Source of the DNA: Octopus sinensis
Taxonomy: Eukaryota
Assembly: GCF_006345805.1 (NCBI RefSeq)
Contig: NW_021824376.1
Coordinates: 1-18,828, forward strand
Length of the DNA stretch: 18,828 nucleotides
Direction: 5' to 3'
Position 1 is the stretch's first letter. Each line of letters opens with the position of its first letter. Position numbers and translations under genes: made by a program. This document shows positions 1-8,859 of this stretch, piece after piece. Under the pieces are notes generated by a model. That model worked only from the letters and a program-made list of their open reading frames with translations, did no database searches and was not told where the DNA came from.

Positions 1-513
1 CATGTGGTGAAACTTTAAGTAGCAAATTATATCCACCTGGTAGGTTTTATTAATATAATATGTTATTATATTTTATTGAGTTCTCTATACTTATTTTAAT
101 GTTGATTCAGCTTACAATATATGTGTGATCATTTGTGCTTGTGGGGTGTAGGTGTGAGAAGATGTGTCACTTGAGCTACTATAGTTCTGAATTTGCCAAG
201 TGAACGCTTCTTTTCATGTATAATAACATCTTTCCTTTCAGCGGTCTTATCAGTAGTAAGAATCAGATTGGTCCAGTTGTAATAATTTTGGAGCAAGCAG
301 CTATCAGAAGCCACCCAAATTTCGAAATCTTTAACCAATTCATTATAGCAGCCCCACACGTCTTTGAATCTCTTCTTGTCTACGTGTGCTCAGTGAAACG
401 GATTTTTGGCTTCGAGTGCGGATTTCTGGGGGGTAGATAACTTTATAGTGGGGCCAAAGTTGTCCAGACTGTTGAGAAATACTTAATTTCTCTCTTGACT
501 TCTGTGTGTGTAT

Positions 514-545
514 GTCAAATGACTGAAACAAGTAAAAGAATAAAA
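514..545 (+). mobile_element. Isolated SINE 3' tail
   Basis: gtcaaatgactgaaacaagtaaaaga at 514-539 is identical to 10228-10253. Confidence 0.7.
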
Positions 546-632
546 TAATTTTAAAATATATAAAAAGAAGAAAATGAAAATGGAGATTGGGGAGTTAATA
601 ACTGTTTATCATCAACCGCAAATTAATCATCA

Positions 633-724
633 CCCCTTACAGCTGTTTCAATTAATACTCAGTAAATATTAAGTAAATATTAACTTTATATTTATATGAC
701 CTGAGCATAATATCTTCAGAGGGA
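633..724 (-). ncRNA. Minimal type I hammerhead ribozyme motif (Penelope/retrozyme type), intact core
   Basis: Minus strand: CCCU(723-720) CUGAAGA(719-713) [helix II AUUAUGCUCAG/CUGAGUAU(U)AAU] GAAA(649-646) CAGCUG UA^ AGGG(637-634). Helix I is CCCU/AGGG and helix III is the palindrome ACAGCUGU. Confidence 0.7.
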
Positions 725-840
725 AAATATATACTTTGAATGCTTTATATGTGTTTATGGATTCATTATAGCAGACTGAATAATACTGTTTATGATTTGT
801 ATTGTTATATGTTTGAGTTTTCTGCTTGATTGGAGATTAC

Positions 841-899
<59 letters not shown>

Positions 900-901
<2 letters not shown>

Positions 902-1245
902 TTAACAGAATGAAATAAAAAATCCAAGGCAGTGAAAGTTTTCAGAACACTTATAAAGAAAAGGTCTTACAGCTGTTTCCGGGATATTTTATATATTCCC
1001 TTAATCAGAGACGGTGAGAAAAAACGTTTAAGTTGTAGTTATAGAGAATATATGAAATACAGAGTGAGGTGGAGGGAATGAAAACAGACTTGAGATACGT
1101 AAGGATATTGTATCTGCAGTTCCATTATTTAAGCAGAATGATGTATATGTAATTTACCTGGAGCAGAAACAGCTGTAAGACCTTCTCTTTATAAATGTTT
1201 TGAAAACTTTCACTGCCTTGGATTCTTTATCTCATTCTGCTAATT
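900..1245. mobile_element. (TA)n-flanked foldback element with 80-bp inverted arms containing a hammerhead remnant (Penelope/retrozyme-like or MITE)
   Basis: 900-979 and 1166-1245 are inverted repeats (74/80 identical by eye). (TA)n lies on both sides (841-898; 1248-1256). Each arm ends in ACAGCTGTTTC/GAAACAGCTGT. Confidence 0.8.
964..1012 (-). ncRNA. Degenerate hammerhead ribozyme motif (core G8 replaced by U)
   Basis: Minus strand: GUCU CUGAUUA A GGGAAUAUAUAAAAUAUCCC G GAAA CAGCUG UA^ AGAC. Helices I, II and III can all form, but CUGANGA reads CUGAUUA. Confidence 0.65.
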
Positions 1246-1680
1246 TTTATATATATGCACGCTAATATATGACCTACGCTGGACTCCTCATTCCTATAGT
1301 CATTGAACCTGGAGCTTAACTATAGTCTGTCCATAGCACTTACACAGCACTGCCTGACATCTTTGGGTTTTCTTAACACCATTACCTCTCCTACTCCCCC
1401 TCTCTTTCTCTCTCTATATATATATATACACGCGCGCGTACACGTACACAAACACGCAGAGCCATGTCCACGCTCGTGCCCACATACACACACACAATTA
1501 CTCACTTATACGTTTTATTCCTTAAAATTGTTTCAGTTCTAAGCATGCACATTCTTAATTGCAAAAAAACAAACAGTTTTCGTAAGAAAACCAAATGAAT
1601 TAATTTTGCATTGTATTGCAATAGGAATGTCTGACTTCTTTCCGTATCTGTTATTGATGTTGTTGTTACTGCTGTTGTAG

Positions 1681-1820
1681 ATTTGTCAGAAGATTGGCTG
1701 GAAAGGCAAAGGTGGAATGTTCGACATTTTACCATTGGTCTTACAAGCTGATGGACAAGACCCAGAATGGTATGATATACCTCCGGAATTGGTTCTGGAA
1801 ATAGCGATAAAACACCCAAC
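1681..1820 (+). CDS. NOS: Nitric oxide synthase, oxygenase-domain internal exon (140 nt, phase 0 to 2)
   Basis: Acceptor ctgttgtag|1681, donor 1820|gtgagt. Translates [46 protein letters not shown](T), matching the NOS [33 protein letters not shown] segment. Same size and phase as the 140-nt vertebrate NOS exon. Confidence 0.96.
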
Positions 1821-1894
1821 GTGAGTATAGGCATCACTCTCACAACACACCAAACTCTTTCACTTAACCATTTCGTTTCACTGTCTGTTTGTCT

Positions 1895-1895
1895 G

Positions 1896-1939
<44 letters not shown>

Positions 1940-1963
1940 ATCTATCTATCTATCTATCTCTCC

Positions 1964-2025
<62 letters not shown>

Positions 2026-2100
2026 TGTCTGTCTGTCCGCCTGTCCGCCTGTCTTTCTGTCTTTCTGTTAGTTTGTCTGTCTGTCTATCTATCTATCTAT
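1895..2100. repeat. Compound microsatellite (TCTA)n-(TA)n-(TCTG/TCTA)n
   Basis: Directly visible. Confidence 0.95.
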
Positions 2101-2101
2101 C

Positions 2102-2845
2102 AACGGGTTCGAGATAAACTCTACAAGCACGGATGTGCTGTCGGACGGACGAAACCGTAATGCATGTCCTTGTTCAGTGTCCGGGCATTGCTGACCTGTG
2201 GGGTTATGATGAACTGCTGCTGTCACGTTTGAGGACGGATCCGTCTGTCGGCCGAGTCTGTAGTGATGATCGCACTGCCACCCTCCTTCAGTCAGGTAGG
2301 CAAGGCAGTTTTCTTTTGCCCGGTGACTGTCGCGAAAGAGGTTGTTTGGTGGACAAGGCTGAAGGGCATGAGGGCCGATACATTCCTCTTTGGTAGAACT
2401 CTCATTGACTTCTTCAAGTTTCACTTGAAAAGGAATCTGAGAGTGAAGGGCGAAGTGCTGTCCTCGAGTGAGTTTATTGAAAGGTGAGTGAAAGTTGCGA
2501 AAACGGCAAGAGTGGATGGTACCTCTCTAAGTGTAGACCTGTAAGTCAGAGAGAAGGAATTGGAGAGGACATTTGCTCCTAGGGTTTTATGGAAATCTCG
2601 GACAACGGGGCTCCTGGATTATCCCTAGAAGCTTTCCTGTATCAGGAGGGCCATATTTCTATAATCTTCCTCGCCTTTTTTTTTAATCTTTATATGCCAT
2701 GTATATGTTCCTTCTTTTTCGATGTATACTGTGTATACTTACTTGTTTTTATCATTTCATTATCATATATAGACCTCCACACTTTATGTCTGTCTCTGTA
2801 TTGTCCCCCTCATCCTTCGCCCTTGTGGCAAATAAATGAAATCAC
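2102..2845 (+). mobile_element. 5'-truncated L1/Tx1-like non-LTR retrotransposon 3' end (degenerate)
   Basis: Broken frames give VRDKLYKHG..C..DETVMHVLVQCPGIADLWGY (C-terminal CCHC/zf-RVT-like) then ...KEVVWWTRLKG...FFKFHLKRNLRV...EFIER*VKVAKTARVDGTSLSVDL* (stop 2542-2544; premature TGA 2485-2487). 3' UTR has AATAAA at 2831-2836 and runs into (ATT)n. Clade assignment is from recalled motif resemblance. Confidence 0.7.
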
Positions 2846-2884
2846 TATTATTATTATTATTACTATTATTATTATTATTATTAT

Positions 2885-2934
<50 letters not shown>

Positions 2935-2965
2935 TATTACCATTATCATTATTATTAGTATTATT

Positions 2966-3000
<35 letters not shown>

Positions 3001-3019
3001 TACCATTATCATCATTATT

Positions 3020-3051
<32 letters not shown>

Positions 3052-3113
3052 TATTATCATCATCATCATCATCATCATCATTATTATTACCATTATTATT
3101 ATTATTATTATTA

Positions 3114-3169
<56 letters not shown>

Positions 3170-3185
3170 TATTATTATTATTATT
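2846..3185. repeat. Compound (ATT)n/(ATC)n microsatellite
   Basis: Directly visible. Confidence 0.95.
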
Positions 3186-3199
3186 TATAGAGCAAATTT

Positions 3200-3400
3200 G
3201 TGAGCTGGCAGAAATAGTTGCCAAATCGGACAAAATACTCCGCAGCAGCAGTTCCCCAAACTCTTTATATTTTGAGTACAAAATAAATCTCCCGAAGGCA
3301 GCTTTGCCTTTTCCCCCTTTCAGAGGCGATAGAATAAAGTACGAATCAAATCAAGTACTGAGATTGATTTCATCGACTCTCCCCGCTCCATAGTTAGAAA
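3200..3400 (+). mobile_element. Degenerate tRNA-derived SINE copy
   Basis: Head gtgagctggcagaaatagttg and central gctttgccttttcccccttt-cagaggcgatagaataaagtac resemble the reverse complement of the 5350-5592 copy. Confidence 0.55.
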
Positions 3401-3790
3401 GAATTATTAACTTGTACCGTAAGAAGAATTATCAGAACATATTTCAGTATTATAATCAAGTTGGGTATTTTCACAATCGTGATTTCTTGCTTTCTGTTCA
3501 GAAGTTCTGCTAAATTACTTTTTATATACAGTAATGTTTTCTGCTAGAGATTAACTATTTCTGTAAAGTTTTGTAATATACTGTTAGATTGCTTTAAATA
3601 TTACATGCTTTAATGCACATAAAACTTTTTTCCTGAATAAGCGCTGCTGAAATTGTGTCTAATATTCTCGTACACTTACGATATCAAACATGGCGGATGA
3701 TTATCCTCGTCACCGGATTATTTCATCGACATTTTCTGATTTCGTTATTGTTCATCGGATTTTTTTTTTTTTTCATTTTGTTTATCCTCA

Positions 3791-3862
3791 TTTTTCATTC
3801 CGCTATTCTTTTAATTTTTCATTCCGCTATTCTTTTAATTTTTCATTCCGCTATTCTTTTAA
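3791..3862 (+). repeat. Perfect 24-bp tandem repeat x3 (TTTTTCATTCCGCTATTCTTTTAA)
   Basis: Units at 3791-3814, 3815-3838 and 3839-3862, ending 24 nt before the exon at 3887. Confidence 0.95.
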
Positions 3863-3886
3863 TTTCTATCATTCTGTATTATTCAG

Positions 3887-4061
3887 CTTTGAGTGGTTCG
3901 AAGAATTAGGCTTGAAATGGTTTGCTTTTCCCGGAGTTTCCAATTTATTGTTCGACTGCGGCGGCTTAGAATTCACTGCAGCTCCCTTCAACGGTTGGTA
4001 CATGGGTACAGAAATAGGTTCCAGAAACTTGTGTGATGAATCTCGATATAATTTAGCAAAG
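3887..4061 (+). CDS. NOS: Nitric oxide synthase exon (175 nt, phase 2 to 0) carrying the L-Arg-binding GWYMGTEIG motif
   Basis: Acceptor attattcag|3887, donor 4061|gtgagt. AC|C completes Thr, then [58 protein letters not shown]. Confidence 0.97.
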
Positions 4062-4129
4062 GTGAGTCCTTCGTTTCTTCTCTTGTTTCAAAAAGTCACA
4101 GAAGATGCACATATATAAATGTATACACA

Positions 4130-4188
<59 letters not shown>

Positions 4189-4190
4189 AC

Positions 4191-4746
4191 ATGAAAATAG
4201 TAATGCAATACTAGAGTATTGCTTTCCAGTAAAGAATAGCCCGTGAGGGTAAATTATACATAAAGTAAATAAATGATACAACGAAGTATCGATATTTACT
4301 GGAAAATAGCGAACGTAATAAATACGACGCTAATGTAAAGCTTCACTGCGTATGTACTAGTAAAGATGCGTGTGTGTAACAAACATGAAAAATTGTCTTA
4401 CCTCTAGGAAGAACATCTGAAAAATGAAAAACCTAGATAAGGATAATGCAGTACCGGTTTCGGATTTTTCAAAATACGAATGCCAATCGTATAATTGATT
4501 TATCTTCATCAGCCGCATATACCTCAACAACATTTCAAATGTTGCCATCTATGCCAGTACACTCGTCTGAACGCCAAAGCGTTAACAGAGCGAGAACAGT
4601 GAAGAAGTTTCAATGAAAATAGTAATGCAATACTAGAGTATTGCTTTCCAGTAAAGAATAGCCCGTATTAGCATCGTATTTATTACGTTCGCCATTTTCC
4701 AGTAAATATAGATACTTCGTTGTATCATTTATTTACTTTATATATA
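4191..4746. mobile_element. Microsatellite-flanked element with inverted arms, a duplicated 54-bp segment and an internal hammerhead (Penelope/retrozyme-like)
   Basis: Inverted repeats 4255-4334 / 4667-4746 (76/80). Identical 54-bp direct repeat at 4191-4244 and 4613-4666. Flanked by (CA)n(TA)n on the left and (TA)n(TG)n on the right. Confidence 0.8.
4446..4518 (-). ncRNA. Minimal type I hammerhead ribozyme motif, intact catalytic core
   Basis: Minus strand: AUGCGG(4518-4513) CUGAUGA(4512-4506) [interrupted helix II] GAAA(4461-4458) CCGG UA^(4452) CUGCAU(4451-4446). Helix I has 6 bp and helix III is the palindrome ACCGGU. Confidence 0.8.
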
Positions 4747-4759
4747 TATATATATATAT

Positions 4760-4804
<45 letters not shown>

Positions 4805-5219
4805 ACATACATACATGCATACATGTATGCAACCATCCATCTATACATACATACATGCCCAGATGGATAGATAAGTTTCTTTTTTGGCCACACAGGGCTG
4901 CACACAGACGGGACAAGTTACAAGGTAGAGCTTTTCTTTTGGGGGAGAAAAAAAAAGGTGGCGTAGGTTTTCGATCAAAAGGGATCGTAAAAGGGAAAAA
5001 AGAACCAAAAAAAAGAAAAAAGAAAAAAAAGGAAAAGAAAAAAAAGAAAAAAGGGAAAAGGAACAAAAGAAAAGAAAAATGAAAAAAGAAGAAAAAAGAG
5101 GAAAAAAGGGGAAGAGGAAAAAAACGATCAATAGGGATCGTGTATCACAGTGTCATGATGTATGGTGTAAAGGGGAAAGCAAGTAAGGTTTATCCGTGGG
5201 AAGAAAAGCCTTTGTTTGC

Positions 5220-5257
<38 letters not shown>

Positions 5258-5304
5258 TCAAAAATTGTAATGAAGAACGATAAAGGAAAACATGAAAAAT
5301 TCAT

Positions 5305-5592
5305 ACACAAAGTCGACCGCAGCGGAATTTGAACTCAGAACGTAGCGGCAGACAAAATGCCTATTTCTTTACTACCGACAAGGGGCGAAACACAAAGGGG
5401 ACAAACAAGGACAGACAAACGGATTAAGTCGATTATATCGACACCAGTGCATAACTGGTACTTAATTTATCGACCCCGAAAGGATGAAAGACAAAGTCGA
5501 CCTCAGCGGAATTTGAACTCAGAACGTGAAGATGGACGAAATACCGCTAAGCCTTTTGCCCGGAGTTCTAACGATTTTTCCAGCTCGCGCCT
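5305..5592 (-). mobile_element. tRNA-derived SINE (near-complete copy about 5350-5592, plus a short partial copy 5305-5352)
   Basis: Minus strand begins GGCGCGAGCTGG..., B-box-like GTTCAAATTCC (5518-5508), then central gaggtcgactttgtctttcatcctttcggggtcgataaattaagtaccag. Paralogous copies occur at 3200, 9731, 10911 and 17264. Confidence 0.85.
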
Positions 5593-5601
5593 TAATTAAT
5601 A

Positions 5602-8195
5602 ATACAACGAAAAGGCCCCCTGGATTGACAGAATATCTACAGAACTGGACCCCTTAGAAGAGCAAAAGTGGGAGGGTGTCAAGGTAGAAGATATAAGATC
5701 TGCTCTCAGGAGGTCAAGCAAATGGAAGTCTCCAGGAAAGGATAAAATTCCTAACTTCTGGCTGAATGCCTTCCCAGAGAGCCATGAACTGCTAACAGAA
5801 CTGTACAATGATGTTCTGCAACACCCTAGTAGGATGCCTCCTTGGCTAGTTAATGGGTTACATTCCTGCTTCCAAAAAGTGAAGAAACAAATGAACCAAA
5901 AAACTATAGACCCATAACCTGCTTAACAACTATGTACAAAACTCTAACATCTGTCCTGACGGAATATACCTATAGTTTTTTTAACAGACAGCAGCATATT
6001 CCCTAATGAACAGAAAGGATAAACGTGGATCCTACGGCTGTAAAGACCAACTACTCATCAATAAGATGATCTTAGAAGATTGTCACAAACGACAACAAAA
6101 CTTATCAATAGCCTGGATAGACTATAAAAAGGCTTTTGATAGCCTACCACATAGCTGGATTAGGAAATGCCTTGAAATGTATAAGATAGCACCAACTCTG
6201 CGAAACTTCTTGACTGTAAGTATGAGATCATGGAGAACCACACTAACTCTGAACAGTGACAGTGAATCCCTAAATGCTGGTGATGTAAAAATTTCGTGTG
6301 GCATTTTCCAGGGTGACTCACTGTCACCACTCCTCTTTTGTTTATCCTTAATACCTCTCTCAAAGCTGCTCAATGACGCGCAGTACGGGTATAAAATGTT
6401 TGATAAAAATATAAATCATCTCGTTTACATGGATGATTTAAAGCTTTTTGCAAAAAAATGATCAACAACTCAAGGGCTTACTAGCGATAGTCAAACAATT
6501 CAGTGACGACATCAGAATGCAATTCGGCCTCGATAAATGTGCAAAGGCTACCTTTATCAAAGGAAAAATGACAGAAACATCTAACGTTAACCTTGACCAA
6601 CAGAATGTCATAAAAGAACTAGACCCAGCGGAGAGCTACAAGTACCTAGGGGTAATTGAAGGGAACGGAATAAGGCATTCAGAGATGAAGGAAAGGATCA
6701 GGAGAGAATGCTATCGAAGAGTGAGAGCAATACTCAAGACAGAGCTGAATGCAAGAAACAGGATCGAAGCAATCAATGCATTAGCTATACCAGTCGTGAC
6801 TTACAGTTTCAATATTGTTAACTGGTCAATTACTGAAATATGTCAGCTCGACAGAAAAATAAGGAAACTGTTGACAATGCATAGAATGCACCACCCTAAG
6901 GCAGATACAGAACGACTCTATCTGCCAAGAAAAGAGGGAGGCCGTGGTCTTTGCAACTGGCAATAACAATGAAGATTGCTACAATTGGCCTAGACACCTA
7001 CCTGAAAAACTCTGAGGACTGGATGTTAAAACTTGTCTCAAAACATGAAAACAAGAAAGCATCATACTCAGTCACAAAACAGGCAAAGGAATATCTAAGT
7101 GAATTCCGAATACAACCAATTTCGGAATTAGAGATAGACATACAAGAAACAAGCACAGAAAAGCTAGGCGCATGAAAACCCGTGCCAAAACTGCGGCCTT
7201 AGATATTCTGAATAATAAATGGCAAGAAAAACCTCTCTATGGCAAATACCCAAGAGAGCGAATAATGCAGATATCGACAAAGCCCTGACCCATCAATGGC
7301 TAATGGCCTCTGGCTTAAAATCTGAAACAGAGGGGTTTATCATAGCAGCTCAAGATCAATGCCTACCAACAAGAAACTACCAGGCCAACATATTAAAGAT
7401 CAGAAGCAGTCCAACGTGTCGTGTATGCACAACAAAATGAAACCATTGACCATGTGGTCTCCAAGTGCAGTCTTCTAGCGCCTACAGAGTATCTCAACAG
7501 GCAATAGAGCTGCACAATATATTCACTGGGTAATCTGTAAAACCTGGATTTGCCCCATGAAAAAAACTGGTGGGAACACAAACCACCCCCAGTGCTTGAA
7601 AATGACCACATCTCACTCCTCTGGAACTTCACCATTCAAACTGACAGGAAGATAGATGCAAATAGGCCAGACATCATATTGAAAGACTTCAAACAAAGAA
7701 CATGCCTCCTCATTGATATGACTGTCCCAATCGATATAAACGTATCTGTCAGGACCTACCAAAAACTGAGCAAATATAAAGATCTTGAAATAGAAATCAG
7801 CAAAATGTGGAAGCTGAAGACTAAAACAATACCTGTTGTCATAGGTGCCCTGGGAATGATAGCAAAAGGGGCTGATAGCTACCTAACTCAGATACCAGGA
7901 AACCCAAAAATGGCAGAAGTTCAAAAGATAGTGCTCATGGGAACTGCTCATATCCTACGCAAAATACTCTCTATGTAACCTCAAGGTTTAAACAACAAAT
8001 TTTTCGGTTTAAAAAAAAAAAAAAAAAAAAAAAAACTTTTTTTTTTAGACATTCATTAGTACAACATCCCCACCCCCCAAATATATGGCACACTAGGCAT
8101 AACAACAACATGAACTTCCAACCCTGTTGTCTCTTGAGGTCTCTGGGTGAGACTTGGAGCCAACTTGTACAAATATAAGCAAAAGTCAAACATAG
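5602..8195 (+). mobile_element. 5'-truncated R4/Dong-like non-LTR retrotransposon (reverse transcriptase, CCHC zinc knuckle, restriction-like endonuclease), frameshifted
   Basis: Reconstructed ORF: KWKSPGKDKIPNFW, KNYRPITCL, IDYKKAFDSLPH, GIFQGDSLSPLLF, YMDD (6426-6437), CRVC..ETIDHVVSKC, RPDII..C.LIDMTVP..KLSKYKDL, GTAHILRKILSM* (7976-7978). 3' UTR ends catag|(AAT)n. TAATAA residue at the 5' junction. Confidence 0.92.
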
Positions 8196-8212
8196 AATAA
8201 TAATAATAATAA

Positions 8213-8431
8213 GCATGATAAAAAAATAATTAGACAATACATACAAAAACACCAGGACTTACAAACACAATAACATACAGAAAATGCACTACTAGGCACT
8301 GCACACATCCTACGCAGAACACTTTCCACAATAACCATCAGAGCATCACAACAAATCACAGCACATACCCAAGGCACACAGAGCTGCGCTCGGTAGTGAA
8401 GTGAAAGCACGCTATAAAAATAAAACTACTG
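8213..8431 (+). mobile_element. 3' end of a second R4/Dong-like subfamily
   Basis: Degenerate MIKK...KTPGLTNT..IQK.ALLGTAHILRRTLS (GGC ACT GCA CAC ATC CTA CGC at 8295-8315). The 3' UTR differs from that of the first element and ends in (AAT)n. Confidence 0.75.
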
Positions 8432-8528
8432 AATAATAATAATATAATAATAATTATTATTATAATAATAATAATATAATAATATAATAATAATAATAAT
8501 ATATAATAATAATAATAATAATAATATA

Positions 8529-8775
8529 ATATCCTACGCAAAATACTCTCTATGTAACCTCAAGGTTTAAAACAACCATAATTTTCGGTTTAAAAAAAAA
8601 AAAAAAAAACTTTTTTTTTTTTTTTTAGACATTCATTAGTACAACATCCCCACCCCCCAAATATATGGCACACTAGGCATAACAACAACATGAACTTCCA
8701 ACCCTGTTGTCTCTTGAGGTCTCTGGGTGAGACTTGGAGCCAACTTGTACAAATATAAAGCAAAAGTCAAACATA

Positions 8776-8776
<1 letters not shown>
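8529..8776 (+). mobile_element. Second 5'-truncated copy of the 5602-8195 element (last codons plus 3' UTR)
   Basis: Near-identical to 7950-8195 apart from homopolymer lengths and small indels. Embedded between (TAA)n tracts 8432-8530 and 8777-8807. Confidence 0.92.
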
Positions 8777-8807
<31 letters not shown>

Positions 8808-8859
8808 GTAGTATGGAAAAGAGCCTCGTGAGAATCGTTGGAGGTCTTTGAGGTAAAAT

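Noticed and set aside
4570-4586. piggyBac-like TTAA end (minus strand TTAACGCTTTGGCGTTCAG)
   Set aside because: No partner TIR or second TTAA end found.
5602-8195. An autonomous, full-length retrotransposon
   Set aside because: It starts shortly before the RT domain with no N-terminus or 5' UTR, so it is 5'-truncated whether or not the frameshifts are real.
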